Positions 34,823 through 45,412 of a stretch of 45,528 nt of DNA are shown piece by piece. Origin of the DNA: Candidatus Fermentibacteraceae bacterium. GTDB lineage: Bacteria; Fermentibacterota; Fermentibacteria; Fermentibacterales; JCC-6. Both the position numbers and the translations under genes were made by a program. The stretch is from NCBI GenBank assembly GCA_021162285.1, contig JAGGYZ010000299.1:1-45528 (forward strand), given 5' to 3'. Position 1 is the first letter of the stretch, and each line of letters begins with the position of its first letter. Under the pieces are notes generated by a model. It did no database searches and was not told where the DNA came from. It worked only from the letters and a program-made list of their open reading frames with translations.

Positions 34823-37336
34823 TTGAGAATTGACATACTCAAAGCTCTGCTTGAGAACTCAGCTATGCTCGCTGTATCATTTTTATTTCTGACTCGACTG
34901 TTCAGATGGAGGGTTAGAAAACCGGTTATCACCATTCTCATTCAGGGTCTGGTGTTTGCCGCATGCGGTGTTCTTGCAATTCTGTTCAGTGTTGAAGTAC
35001 TTCCAGGCGTTCTTATAGATATGCGTGCTCCTGTAATTGTAGTAGCTGCCCTTACCGGTGGCTACATTGTTGGTTCCATAGCAGTAATTCCGCTTCTGAT
35101 AATAAGACTGTCCATAGGTGGCACCGGAATGCTGCCTGGAATAGGTATTATTTTATCGGCTCTTCTTTTCGGGCTTTTCCTCAGACAGGCCGAGAAGTCA
35201 AGATTCCGAGTGTCTGCTGTTCTCTTTCAACTGGTTGCCGGATTCGGTTCAGCAGCAGTTTACATTGCATGGATATTTGTTCTTCCCGATTCAATTTACA
35301 TACAGGTACTCAATCTGGTGGCTCTTCCCCTGACCATTGTCTCCGTTCTCTCCATAGTTGCAATATTCTTTATCAGAAGCAGGGAAAACGCCCATCTGCT
35401 TCTTCTGGGAAAACTCACCGAGAGCAACAACCTGTTTGAAGAGATCTCGCTGGATAAAAACATAGGAATTCTTGTTTTGCGCGGTACCAGCATAATCTAT
35501 GTAAATCAATCTCTTATTGATAAATACGGCTTCAGAAGATTCGATGAGAAGAACCGGGACCTCTACAAAATCGTAGACGAAGATTCACAGATCAGAATAG
35601 AAAAGTTTCTCAGACAGACACTTTCATCAACACAGGGTGAACCCGTTCAAATGGATATCTCTTTGAAAAACAGAGGTTCACTGCATTTTCTTGTTCACGC
35701 GAGAAAACTTGTTTACAAGGGTGAGAATTCCGTTCTGGTCGTTCTGGTAGACATCTCAAAGCTTATCAAAACAGAGATAACTCTCCAGACCAGACTTGAT
35801 CAGCTGCAGCTGGCTCTTGAAGCCTCCGGGGCGGTGATCTGGAATGCTTCACCGGAAACTGACTACCTCAATGCAGACAAAGAATTTTTCGAATCCATGT
35901 CTTACACACCACTGCAAAATCCTCCAAGCTTTTCCACATGGGTAAAAAATCCTGTGCTTTCAGAGGAGGTACAAGATAAGCTGAATAAGCTGGCTTCCGG
36001 CAGAATTGACAGCTTTTTCGGTGAGGTCAACTGCAAAGGTGATGACTCCATTTCAAGATGGTTTAACATCGGGGCAATTGCAAGGGGAACCCCCCGGGCA
36101 ATCTCAGGAATTCTCTTTGATACTACGGTTATCAAGCAGAAGGAACTTTCTCTTATGCAGCAGAAAATTGACAGCATTCAATCTCAGAAAATGGAGGCAA
36201 TCGGCCGCCTTGCCGGTGGAGTCGCACATGACTTCAACAACCTTCTGCATGTAATAATTGGCTACTGCGATATACTGGACAGGGTCTCAGACCACGATCC
36301 TGTTATCACAGATGTTTCAAAACCCATTCTTGAAGCGGCCGAAAAGGGAAGGGAACTTGTGAAAAGCCTGCTTCTGTTCAGTAGAGACAGAAAACCACAA
36401 CTTCAGAATGTAAAAATCAGTGCTCTTACAGGTAGATTTTTCAAACTGCTTTCAAGAATTATGGAAGAAAACATCGTAATTACCTCGGATATCACCACCC
36501 TTGATACCTGGGTCTACGGAGACCCGTCACAGATAGAGCAGGTTTTCATGAACCTGTGTGTAAACGCAAGGGATGCAATGCCTCTTGGTGGAGAGCTGAA
36601 CATTGCTCTTAAAGAAATTTCCATAATTGAACCGCTTTCTGTAACAAGCGGTACTATCCAGCCGGGAAACTATGCAGCAATTACGGTAACAGACACTGGT
36701 CCGGGAATCCCGGAAAACAATCTGGAAAATATATTCGAGCCTTTCTTTACAACGAAACAACTTGACGGCGGCACCGGGCTTGGTCTTGCAACTGTTCTTG
36801 GAGTTGTCAGAGAACACTCCGGATACATCAATGTGAGAAACAGAACCGGTAAAGGACTTGAGATAACAGCTTACTTCCCTGCTCTGGAAGTGGATCATCT
36901 GTACCATCAACCGCCAGAAACCGCAACGATCCCCTTGAAACAGATTAACTCTGAGGTTACCCGTGGTGTTTGCATCCTTCTCGCTGAAGATGACCACCGT
37001 GTAATGACACTTGCTGTGGAGGGGCTTGGAATGGCCGGGATAACGGTAATCCGGGCAAAAAACGGCATAGAAGCTGTAGATGTTTTCAAGAAAAGACACA
37101 ACGAGATTGAAATGCTTGTGTTTGATGTAATGATGCCTGAAATGAGCGGACCGGAGGCTTACAGGGAGATCATCGCTCTCGGTGCAGAAGTTCCGGTTGT
37201 ATTCACAACAGGTTACGCAGGTGACCGGCTCCTGGATATGAAAGAAACACCCGAGGTTCTGAGCAAGCCCTATGCAATAGGTGATCTTGTGTCCATAATA
37301 CGCAGGATGACAGGTTCCGAAAAAGGAGAAACATGA
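34823..37336 (+). CDS. Hybrid sensor histidine kinase (5TM LytS-type membrane sensor, PAS, HisKA, HATPase, C-terminal receiver)
   Basis: 837 aa, TTG start with GAGGA upstream. N-terminal 5-6 TM region with the 5TMR-LYT-like motif LIDMRAPVIVVAALTGG. H-box AGGVAHDFNNLLHVIIGY. N/G boxes (NLCVNARDAMP, DTGPGIP, GTGLGLA). Receiver ILLAEDDHRV...FDVMMPEMSG...KPY. Confidence 0.85.
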   Translation: MRIDILKALLENSAMLAVSFLFLTRLFRWRVRKPVITILIQGLVFAACGVLAILFSVEVLPGVLIDMRAPVIVVAALTGGYIVGSIAVIPLLIIRLSIGGTGMLPGIGIILSALLFGLFLRQAEKSRFRVSAVLFQLVAGFGSAAVYIAWIFVLPDSIYIQVLNLVALPLTIVSVLSIVAIFFIRSRENAHLLLLGKLTESNNLFEEISLDKNIGILVLRGTSIIYVNQSLIDKYGFRRFDEKNRDLYKIVDEDSQIRIEKFLRQTLSSTQGEPVQMDISLKNRGSLHFLVHARKLVYKGENSVLVVLVDISKLIKTEITLQTRLDQLQLALEASGAVIWNASPETDYLNADKEFFESMSYTPLQNPPSFSTWVKNPVLSEEVQDKLNKLASGRIDSFFGEVNCKGDDSISRWFNIGAIARGTPRAISGILFDTTVIKQKELSLMQQKIDSIQSQKMEAIGRLAGGVAHDFNNLLHVIIGYCDILDRVSDHDPVITDVSKPILEAAEKGRELVKSLLLFSRDRKPQLQNVKISALTGRFFKLLSRIMEENIVITSDITTLDTWVYGDPSQIEQVFMNLCVNARDAMPLGGELNIALKEISIIEPLSVTSGTIQPGNYAAITVTDTGPGIPENNLENIFEPFFTTKQLDGGTGLGLATVLGVVREHSGYINVRNRTGKGLEITAYFPALEVDHLYHQPPETATIPLKQINSEVTRGVCILLAEDDHRVMTLAVEGLGMAGITVIRAKNGIEAVDVFKKRHNEIEMLVFDVMMPEMSGPEAYREIIALGAEVPVVFTTGYAGDRLLDMKETPEVLSKPYAIGDLVSIIRRMTGSEKGET

Positions 37337-37731
37337 CAGATGATGCTAGCGGCCTTTCCCTTCTGGGAAACTCCACCGATGAATTCGAAGGGCTGGAGGC
37401 ATTCGAGAACCTTAACCCTGAACGAGACTACACAGTAACCCTTGCAACTGATGAGTTTACATGTGTCTGCCCGAAAACAGGCCAACCAGATTTTGCCACA
37501 GTCACCATCACCTACATACCTGATAAAAGGATCCTTGAATCAAAGTCCCTGAAATTGTACTTTCAGACGTACCGCAACACAGGTGTTTTTCATGAGCATG
37601 TTACAAACATTATTCTGAACGATCTGGTTGAAGCAATTCACCCGCGGTGGTGCCGCGTTCAGGCAGATTTTGGTGTGAGAGGCGGTATTTCAATTACAGT
37701 GGAAGCAGAATACACCGGAAACCAGGACTGA
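37333..37731 (+). CDS. queF: NADPH-dependent 7-cyano-7-deazaguanine (preQ0) reductase, type I
   Basis: 132 aa. EFTCVCPKTGQPDFATVTITYIPD (catalytic Cys) and the QueF motif ESKSLKLYFQTYRN...FHE. Its ATG lies in an ATGA overlap with the kinase stop, with an AAGGAG SD inside the kinase gene. Confidence 0.9.
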   Translation: MTDDASGLSLLGNSTDEFEGLEAFENLNPERDYTVTLATDEFTCVCPKTGQPDFATVTITYIPDKRILESKSLKLYFQTYRNTGVFHEHVTNIILNDLVEAIHPRWCRVQADFGVRGGISITVEAEYTGNQD

Positions 37732-37803
37732 TCACCTGTTTTCCTGTGTCGTATCTGTGTTTCTCATTCAGCCGGGTGCATGAATGATCTATTCTGTGAA
37801 GAA

Positions 37804-37833
37804 TTGCACAAAACACTGGAACCGGCGTATATT
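37804..37833 (+). promoter_or_regulatory. Candidate sigma-70-type promoter upstream of fusA
   Basis: TTGCAC (37804-37809), an 18-nt spacer, then TATATT (37828-37833), about 40 nt upstream of the fusA ATG. GGAGAAGGA SD at 37861-37869. Pattern match only. Confidence 0.3.
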
Positions 37834-37872
37834 CGGCACAAATTTCAATCAATCAGGAACGGAGAAGGATAG

Positions 37873-39954
37873 ATGGCACGGGATTACAGTCTCAATATGA
37901 TTCGCAACATAGGAATAATGGCTCACATTGATGCCGGTAAAACCACCGTATCCGAGAGAATCCTCTACTACACTGGTAAGTCACACAAGATGGGTGAAGT
38001 ACACGACGGGGAAGCCACGCTTGACTGGATGGCTCAGGAGCAGGAACGGGGAATTACAATCACAAGTGCCGCCACGACAACCGAGTGGAAAGGACATCAG
38101 ATCAATCTGATCGACACACCTGGACATGTGGATTTTACGGTAGAGGTGGAAAGAAGCCTTAGAATACTCGATGGGACCATAGCACTTTTCTGTGCCGTAG
38201 GGGGCGTTGAACCCCAGAGTGAAACTGTCTGGCGGCAAGCGGACAAGTACAGTGTTCCGCGTATTGCATTCATCAACAAGATGGACAGATCCGGTGCAGA
38301 TTTCTATGGCGTGGTAAAGGAACTGCATTCAAGACTGAATGCCAATGCTGTTCCAGTCACCATTCCTATCACAGGCGAAAAAGGGGATTTCCTGGGCATC
38401 ATCGACCTGGTTGACAACTGTGCAGTGTACTACGATGAACAGTCCGGCGGGAAAATATTTGAAGAAAAACCCATTCCTGCTGAAATGGAGGCTGTGGCAG
38501 CCAGACAGCGACTTATCCTTGTGGAGAAAGTAAGCGAAGTAGATGAGGAGTTGCTTGACAAATTCTGTTCCGACGAAGAGATATCAAAGAGCGAACTCTC
38601 CGCAGCCATCAGAAAGGCAACCCACTCCGGGCTGGTCTGCCCTGTTCTGTGCGGAAGCGCCTACAAAAACAAGGGAATACAGAGGCTTCTTGACGCTGTT
38701 ATATCCTATCTTCCTTCCCCTGTGGATCTTCCCCCTATCAGCGGAAGAAGCAAAACAGGCAAGCTTGAACAGCGCGAAGCCGGTAACGACGGTCCGCTGG
38801 CGGCGCTGGCTTTCAAGGTTGTAACAGACAGACACACGGGAAAACTGATTTACATCAGAGTTTACTCCGGTGTTCTTGAAGCAGGAACCCATGTGCTGAA
38901 CTCCACAACAGGAAAGAAACAGAGGGTTGGCAGAATCCTTAGAATGCACGCCAACAAGCGCGAATCTGTAGACAGGCTGAATACAGGTGAAATTGGTGCC
39001 GTCATTGGTCTTTCAGACACTATTACCGGAGACACAATCTGTGCTCCGAATGATCCCATCATTCTTGAAGCTATTGAGTTCCCTGCTCCTGTTCTGAGCA
39101 TTGCCGTAAAACCAGTTAAAAGGCAGGACAGAGACAAGCTCACAGATGCGCTGGCAAAACTCTCGGAAGAAGATCCAACTTTTACCGTAGAAACCAACGA
39201 TGAAACAGGAGATACCGTTCTCTCCGGTATGGGGGAACTTCACCTGGAAATACTGATAGACAGAATAAAGCGGGAATTTTTCGTTGAAGTGGAAGTAAAT
39301 GAACCACAGGTAGCCTACAGAGAAACCATAATTGGCTCTGTTGACTGGAACGAGAGATACAAGAAGCAGACAGGTGGAAAAGGCCAGTTCGCCCACATTA
39401 TTTTCAACCTGGAACCTCTTCAGGCTGGAACTGGTTTTGAATTCAAGAATTCTGTAAAGGGCGGAAACATACCCAAAGAGTACATACCATCGGTGGAAAA
39501 AGGCATCATAGATGCCATGAAAGACGGAGTTTACTGCGACTTCCCTGTCGTAGATGTTAAGGTTACACTGAAAGACGGGTCCAGCCACGCCGTTGACTCT
39601 TCCGAAATGGCATTCCGTATCTGTGCCAGAAATGCCTTTAAGAAAGCCTTTATGAAGTGCAGCCCCCGTCTTCTTGAACCCATGATGGCAGTTTCAATTG
39701 TTACTCCCGAGGAATACTCCGGGGGAGTATCAGGAAGCATATATGAACGTCGGGGAATTATCGTAGCCATGGAAGCCCGTGGAAATGCCAAGGAATTCAA
39801 AGCTCGTATACCCCTGTCCAAGATGTTCGGTTACGCAACAGATCTCAGAAACTCCACACAGGGAAGGGCCTCGTTCTCGATGCAGTTCGAACACTACGAA
39901 GCTGTTCCGGCGTCTGTAGCTGAAGAAGTTCTGAAGCAGTACAAGAACAAGTGA
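37873..39954 (+). CDS. fusA: Translation elongation factor G
   Basis: 693 aa. [63 protein letters not shown], and INKMDR. Full five-domain length. Confidence 0.92.
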   Translation: MARDYSLNMIRNIGIMAHIDAGKTTVSERILYYTGKSHKMGEVHDGEATLDWMAQEQERGITITSAATTTEWKGHQINLIDTPGHVDFTVEVERSLRILDGTIALFCAVGGVEPQSETVWRQADKYSVPRIAFINKMDRSGADFYGVVKELHSRLNANAVPVTIPITGEKGDFLGIIDLVDNCAVYYDEQSGGKIFEEKPIPAEMEAVAARQRLILVEKVSEVDEELLDKFCSDEEISKSELSAAIRKATHSGLVCPVLCGSAYKNKGIQRLLDAVISYLPSPVDLPPISGRSKTGKLEQREAGNDGPLAALAFKVVTDRHTGKLIYIRVYSGVLEAGTHVLNSTTGKKQRVGRILRMHANKRESVDRLNTGEIGAVIGLSDTITGDTICAPNDPIILEAIEFPAPVLSIAVKPVKRQDRDKLTDALAKLSEEDPTFTVETNDETGDTVLSGMGELHLEILIDRIKREFFVEVEVNEPQVAYRETIIGSVDWNERYKKQTGGKGQFAHIIFNLEPLQAGTGFEFKNSVKGGNIPKEYIPSVEKGIIDAMKDGVYCDFPVVDVKVTLKDGSSHAVDSSEMAFRICARNAFKKAFMKCSPRLLEPMMAVSIVTPEEYSGGVSGSIYERRGIIVAMEARGNAKEFKARIPLSKMFGYATDLRNSTQGRASFSMQFEHYEAVPASVAEEVLKQYKNK

Positions 39955-40298
39955 AACTCATCTACGAAGCCGCGGCTGTGGGGGCCGGTGGGTTTGCCGG
40001 TGCTGTTGTACGCCACCTGGTTGTAAGTGTCACAGGAAGCACAATCGGTATCATCGCTGTAAACCTTGCCGGATGCCTTGTTATGGGGCTGCTCTCACAT
40101 GACTCGAGATTTGCTCTGTTTGCTGCCACCGGTTTTCTGGGTGCTTTAACCACTTTCAGCGCTTTCAGTGGACACGCGGTAAAACTCTGGAACTCAGGGG
40201 ATGTTGTTACGGCAGGTGCGTTTATACTTATCAACGTTCTGGCTGGAATATCCGCATTTATTCTTGGGCTTCATCTAAATACACATCTGCTCTCTTAG
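39951..40298 (+). CDS. crcB: Fluoride ion channel CrcB/FluC
   Basis: 115 aa, 4 TM helices. [12 protein letters not shown] and [13 protein letters not shown] motifs. GTG start in a GTGA overlap with the fusA stop. Confidence 0.82.
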   Translation: MKLIYEAAAVGAGGFAGAVVRHLVVSVTGSTIGIIAVNLAGCLVMGLLSHDSRFALFAATGFLGALTTFSAFSGHAVKLWNSGDVVTAGAFILINVLAGISAFILGLHLNTHLLS

Positions 40299-40328
40299 AA
40301 TCATAAACGGGAATGCAGCAGAAACAGA

Positions 40329-41879
40329 TCAGGATTCAAGAACTTTCCTGATTTTATTAGCCATGTATGCAAATCCGTAAGGTTTCTGCAGAAAACCGGC
40401 CAGATCTCCTTTTTGAAAATTGAGTGTGGCTTCCTCCTCGCTGTACCCACTGGATAAAACAACTTTCACATCAGGCAGTATCCTGCGAATTTCTTGAAAT
40501 ACCTGTTCTCCGCTCATTCCAGGCATGGTATGATCAAGAAGAATGCAAACTATCTCTTCTGAATTCCTGTTTAATATTTTGACTGCCTCAGTACCATTCT
40601 CAGCTGTAAGAACTTTAAAACCAAACCGTTCCAGCATAGTTCTGCTTATTGTCCGAACTACTTCTTCGTCATCCACAAGCAGGATGGTTCCACTGCCCTG
40701 CCAGGCCGGTGATCCTCCGGCTCTTAGAATATTGTCTTCATGATGATCTGTTCGGCAGGCGGGAAACAGAACCTTCACCGTTGATCCCTGTCCAGGTTTG
40801 CTGCTGATCCTTATGGTTCCATGGTGAGCCTGAACAAGACCTAAAGACGCCGGAAGGCCAAGGCCTCTTCCTGTGAATTTGGTTGAAAAGAATGGATCAA
40901 ACACTTTCTGAATTGTGTCACTATCCATACCGACCCCTGTATCAGCAATTTCCAGGGCGACATAAGTTCCTTCTTCAAGAAATTCGCCTGACCGCAACGG
41001 TATAAGATAATCTGTGTCACATTCCATACAAGAAGTTCTGACTGTAATTATGCCACTCTTTCCATCAATAGCTTCCATGGCATTTAATATCAAAGCAATG
41101 ACAATCTGTTTCAGCTGACCCGGATCGGCCTTTATCAATGGAAGCATGTGGGCAAGATCAAATTCAAGAACAACAGACGAAGGAAGCATAGCCTTCAACA
41201 GGTGCTTCAACTGCCCTATAAATGCTGTAATATCAAGTTCTGTTGTTTTGACAAACCCGTGGCCGGAAAAAGCCAGCATCTGCTTGCTCAGCTCAGCCGC
41301 CTTCCACGCGGACTTTTCGGCTTCCATCAAACTGTGTCGGGAAGGCGACTCTCTGGGAAGGTCCTCCAGGGCAAAAGATATATTCCCTAGAACGGCATGC
41401 AGACTGTTGTTGAACTGGTGAGCAACTCCCCCGGCCATGACCCGCAGGCTTTCGTACTTCTGTGCCCTTTGAAGCCTTTTCTCCAGAATGCCCCTGTCCA
41501 GATCGGCTCTGTGCTTGTACAGAGCAACTTCGACCACTGCTTCCAGTTCCTTTGTTTTGAAAGGTTTCAGCAGGTATCCAGAAGCACCAACACTGCGAGC
41601 GCGCTGTATAACTTCACTGTTGGCAAAAGCAGTAAGGAAAAGAACTGGGATACTAAAACGCTCATTAATCTCTTTCGCTGCTTCAATACCATCCATATCA
41701 CCCATCAAATGGATGTCCATCAAAACAAGATCAACGGATTCATTCTCCAGGCACTCAAGAGCATCGCTGGCTCTGGAGAAAACAGATGCGGTGCTATATC
41801 CCAGATCCTGAAGACTGTTCTGAATATCAAGCCCTACAAGACCCTCGTCCTCAACTATCATTATTTTTGCTTTATCCAT
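40329..41879 (-). CDS. Hybrid two-component protein: receiver - HisKA - HATPase - receiver
   Basis: 516 aa. N-terminal REC (KIMIVEDEGLV...LMDIHLMGDMDG...LLKPF), H-box AGGVAHQFNNSLHAVLGNI, G boxes (DTGVGMD, GRGLGLP), and C-terminal REC (ILLVDDEEVV...LDHTMPGMSG...LQKPY). Its ATG shares 1 nt with the upstream stop. Confidence 0.85.
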   Translation of the reverse strand: MDKAKIMIVEDEGLVGLDIQNSLQDLGYSTASVFSRASDALECLENESVDLVLMDIHLMGDMDGIEAAKEINERFSIPVLFLTAFANSEVIQRARSVGASGYLLKPFKTKELEAVVEVALYKHRADLDRGILEKRLQRAQKYESLRVMAGGVAHQFNNSLHAVLGNISFALEDLPRESPSRHSLMEAEKSAWKAAELSKQMLAFSGHGFVKTTELDITAFIGQLKHLLKAMLPSSVVLEFDLAHMLPLIKADPGQLKQIVIALILNAMEAIDGKSGIITVRTSCMECDTDYLIPLRSGEFLEEGTYVALEIADTGVGMDSDTIQKVFDPFFSTKFTGRGLGLPASLGLVQAHHGTIRISSKPGQGSTVKVLFPACRTDHHEDNILRAGGSPAWQGSGTILLVDDEEVVRTISRTMLERFGFKVLTAENGTEAVKILNRNSEEIVCILLDHTMPGMSGEQVFQEIRRILPDVKVVLSSGYSEEEATLNFQKGDLAGFLQKPYGFAYMANKIRKVLES

Positions 41880-44800
41880 TACCCTCTCCCTGCCTGGTCA
41901 GGCAACTTACTTTCAGATTCCGGATCAATTGACCGGCTGAATTTGATGCTGAAAGTGGTACCTTTATCGCGAATAATATTTATCGTTCCGCCGAGTTGCG
42001 TCTTAACCAGACTGCGAACTATCTGCAATCCCAGGGTTTTAGCACCCATAATATCCATCTCCCCAGGCATCCCCACCCCGTCGTCTGCTACCATAAGTTC
42101 TACAATATTATCAGAAAGCTCTCTAATAGTAATTTGAATCAAACCCTTTCGTTGTTCCGGAAAGGCATGCTTGAATGCATTGGTTACCAGTTCATTGGTT
42201 ACAAGACCAATGGGGATTGCGTCAGAGATGGTCAGCACCAGATCGTAAGCATCAATGCTGTATCGAATATTCTCTTCCTCTGAAGAATACAAGCTAATGA
42301 TCTCTCTTAGAACCCCTGTAAGGTACTTGTCCATGGAAATGCGACTCAGGTCACTTGACAGATAAAGAGCCTCATGTACCTGAGATATTGCGCTGATGCG
42401 TCTCTGGCTCTCTCGAATAGCATCCAGTGCTTTGCCCTGAGACATCCTTCGTGCCTGAAGATTAAGCAGGCTTGAGACAACCTGCATGTTGTTCTTTACC
42501 CGGTGGTGTATCTCACGAAGAAGCACTTCCTTTTCCCTCAGTGAGATTCGCACCTTCTCTTCCATGCGAACACGCCTGATGGCCTGAGAAAGATCGTTTG
42601 CAGCAGTACTGAGAAAAGTCTGTTCTACGTCGTCCCATTCCACGTCAGAGACACAATTGTCGAAACCAATAAAGCCAATAAATTCGTTATCTACCATCAA
42701 GGGAATTATCAGGATCGCCAGAATGCCCTGAGGATCTAGAATTTCCCTCTCTTTTCCGGGAAAATCAGCGACACGACCGTTTATAAGATCGCCTTTGTGG
42801 AGAATATCCCACCACCTTGGAATCCACTCATCATAGGAGAGATTCTGCAGCAGTGGATTGTCTGTTTCCGGCAGAATACCAGGAGCACACCATTCAGCTT
42901 TCTGGCTTAACAACAGCTCTCCCCGGTGACCGTAATGATTCATAAATATGTAAGTACGGCTGGCCCCAGCAGCCGGCCCGAGACAGTCGATAAATTCCTG
43001 GAAGGGAATTGATCCCACAGAAGCAAGCAGAATCTTGGTAGATTCATTCAGACCTTTCAGGTATCGCTCGCGCTTGATAATTTCTTCTTCTGCATGCTTA
43101 CGCTCTGTAATGTCAATATGGGTTCCCGACATTAGAAGAGGCTTACCATCAGCAGCCCATGTGGACACCCTGCCTCTGTCCTGCACCCAGACCCAATCTC
43201 CATTCCTGTGTTTTATTCTGGCCTCAAGCACATAGTACTCAAGTTCACCGCTGAAGTGCTTTTCAAGATTCTCATCCACCTTTGGCAGGTCTTCAGGGTG
43301 AACAAATCCGTTCCAGGTGTCCATGGTGATTGGAGACAGTTCCTTAAGGGTGTAACCGATGATCCCGGCCCAGCGCTCATTAACAAGAAGTTCTCTATTC
43401 TGAATATTCCACTCCCATGTACCCACATTGGTTCCGGAGATAATGTCCGACAGTCTTCGCTTTTCTACGGCAAGAAACTCTTCTGTTAGCTTTCTGTGGC
43501 TTATATCAAATGCTATCTCTATTCGAACAAGTCGTCCATCAGGCCATGGGATTGCCTGGTCTCTGCATTGATACCATTTCCCGTCAGCGGTATTCCTGAA
43601 TTCCCAGATCACCGGGTCCACAGGTTTGGAGTCCTGATCAAGAAGCAGGTGGTTTGTGCAGAAGCTGCATGGTGCGGTCTGCCCGGTCTGCAGTGCCTGC
43701 CAGCAGATCTTTCCGACAACGTCACCAAAAGAATCTCGAATCTGCCTGTTAACAAAAAGGATCTCGTGTGTCTGCATATCCGCCACATACACCATTGCGT
43801 CCAGAGAATCCATGACAGTAACAAATCTTGCGTGTTCCGCCTTCAGTATCTCTTCATTCTTTTTGCGCCGGGTTATATCAGTCAGAACAGAAATGAACCC
43901 GATTACTTCACCGCTTTCGTTCCGCTTGTAGTTCCAGTCTGTGCGAACATCTATAACCGTACCGTCTTTTTTTGTTGCAGTACCGAACCAGGGCTGAGGT
44001 TCAGGCTGCTGCTCTATCAGGAACTTGATGTGATCGGAAAGCCTTATTGCCTCATCCTTTTCGAGCTGATCATACATCGATCTGCCCATCAGTTCACCAT
44101 TCGTGTAACCCAGAAGGTTGTGGTAAGCCTGGTTCCCGAAAACAATTACTCCGGAAACACCTATTTCCTGAATCCCGCTGGTATTCGTTTCAACAAGAAG
44201 CCTGTAGTTTTCTTCGCTTTTCCGCAGCGCTTCCTCCGATTGCTTCCTTAAAGTTTCATCGGAGTAAACTGCCACAACTTCCCCGGAAGGCAGTTTGTAA
44301 ACAGTGTTCTTCCGCCAGAACGATGCTCTGCCATCTTGATAGAGTGACGCAGGATGAACTTCAGAAACCCCTGTTTTCCAGACCCGGCGCAATACATCCA
44401 TAAGTCCGAATTGCTCTACACCGGGAAAGATATCTGTAACTCTGCGTCCCACTGCATCTTCTCTGGATATGCCATCCATTTTCTGCCCGGCAGTGTTAAT
44501 ATCCAGAAAAACAAAATCTGCACCATCATCAACAGCTTTATAAACAGCAACCCCATCGCTTATTTCGTCAAACAATGCATGAAAACGCTGTTCACTTTCA
44601 CGAAGCTTCATTTCCATCTGTCTGCTGTCAGTAACATCCCAGGCGAACTTTGAATAACCTGTCATCTCCCCTTTTGAGTTATAGATTCCCTCAAGTCGGG
44701 ATTTTATGTTACGAATACCCAAGCCTGCTCCTGTATCCAGATCATGCAGGTAATCATAACAACCTGTTTTGCGAACTATTTCAAGAGCTCTTTCCAGTCT

Positions 44801-45412
44801 TTCCGGTGCAACATTGAATGATTTGTGGATCTCCATAACGGTTCTACCTACAACTTGATCAGCCTTGTAGCCATACAACTTTGCGGCAGCTGGATTGAAA
44901 CAGTTAATGCGCAAGTCAAGATCGGTTGTAATAATTGCTGTTTCGGTGGTGCTGTGAAGAATGCTTTCCAGAAGAGAAGTTTTTTTATCCAGTTCCCTTT
45001 TTGAATTGTAAAGGTCTGTAATATCTCTACTGCTTACAACAACTCCCGTAACATCGCCTGTTTCATTAAGATAAGGATGATAGACCACATCCATGCAGCG
45101 AAGACCAAGGTTTGGGAAATCAAACCACTCCTGATATTGAACCCTCTCTCCGGCAAGACATCTGTCGTACCTTTCCTTTATCTGATCTGCAAAAACATCT
45201 TCACCCATAAGTTCAGCAATCGTATGGCCAACGATCATATCGCTGGTTTTGTCGTGAGCTGCAAGATACGCATTGTTTACAGTACGGTACACATAATCAG
45301 TGCCGATAAAGGACATATGATCGTTGCTTAAAGAGACAAGATGTTTGTACATGTGCAGTTCTTTTTCAGACTGCTCCTTCAGAGGAGCAGGAAGCTCATT
45401 TTCCTTTATCAT
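41879..45412 (-). CDS. Cytoplasmic multi-PAS / GAF sensor histidine kinase with HisKA_2-type phosphoacceptor domain
   Basis: 1177 aa with no obvious TM segment. About six PAS/PAC-like repeats, recognised by recurring ...GxxxGxxxxRDITxRKxxE boundary patterns. GAF-like region (...ILAILIIPLMVDNEFIGFIGFDN). H-box EIHHRVKNNMQVVSSLLNLQ (HisKA_2). ATPase LVTNELVTNAFKHAF...DDGVGMP. Confidence 0.85.
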   Translation of the reverse strand: MIKENELPAPLKEQSEKELHMYKHLVSLSNDHMSFIGTDYVYRTVNNAYLAAHDKTSDMIVGHTIAELMGEDVFADQIKERYDRCLAGERVQYQEWFDFPNLGLRCMDVVYHPYLNETGDVTGVVVSSRDITDLYNSKRELDKKTSLLESILHSTTETAIITTDLDLRINCFNPAAAKLYGYKADQVVGRTVMEIHKSFNVAPERLERALEIVRKTGCYDYLHDLDTGAGLGIRNIKSRLEGIYNSKGEMTGYSKFAWDVTDSRQMEMKLRESEQRFHALFDEISDGVAVYKAVDDGADFVFLDINTAGQKMDGISREDAVGRRVTDIFPGVEQFGLMDVLRRVWKTGVSEVHPASLYQDGRASFWRKNTVYKLPSGEVVAVYSDETLRKQSEEALRKSEENYRLLVETNTSGIQEIGVSGVIVFGNQAYHNLLGYTNGELMGRSMYDQLEKDEAIRLSDHIKFLIEQQPEPQPWFGTATKKDGTVIDVRTDWNYKRNESGEVIGFISVLTDITRRKKNEEILKAEHARFVTVMDSLDAMVYVADMQTHEILFVNRQIRDSFGDVVGKICWQALQTGQTAPCSFCTNHLLLDQDSKPVDPVIWEFRNTADGKWYQCRDQAIPWPDGRLVRIEIAFDISHRKLTEEFLAVEKRRLSDIISGTNVGTWEWNIQNRELLVNERWAGIIGYTLKELSPITMDTWNGFVHPEDLPKVDENLEKHFSGELEYYVLEARIKHRNGDWVWVQDRGRVSTWAADGKPLLMSGTHIDITERKHAEEEIIKRERYLKGLNESTKILLASVGSIPFQEFIDCLGPAAGASRTYIFMNHYGHRGELLLSQKAEWCAPGILPETDNPLLQNLSYDEWIPRWWDILHKGDLINGRVADFPGKEREILDPQGILAILIIPLMVDNEFIGFIGFDNCVSDVEWDDVEQTFLSTAANDLSQAIRRVRMEEKVRISLREKEVLLREIHHRVKNNMQVVSSLLNLQARRMSQGKALDAIRESQRRISAISQVHEALYLSSDLSRISMDKYLTGVLREIISLYSSEEENIRYSIDAYDLVLTISDAIPIGLVTNELVTNAFKHAFPEQRKGLIQITIRELSDNIVELMVADDGVGMPGEMDIMGAKTLGLQIVRSLVKTQLGGTINIIRDKGTTFSIKFSRSIDPESESKLPDQAGRG

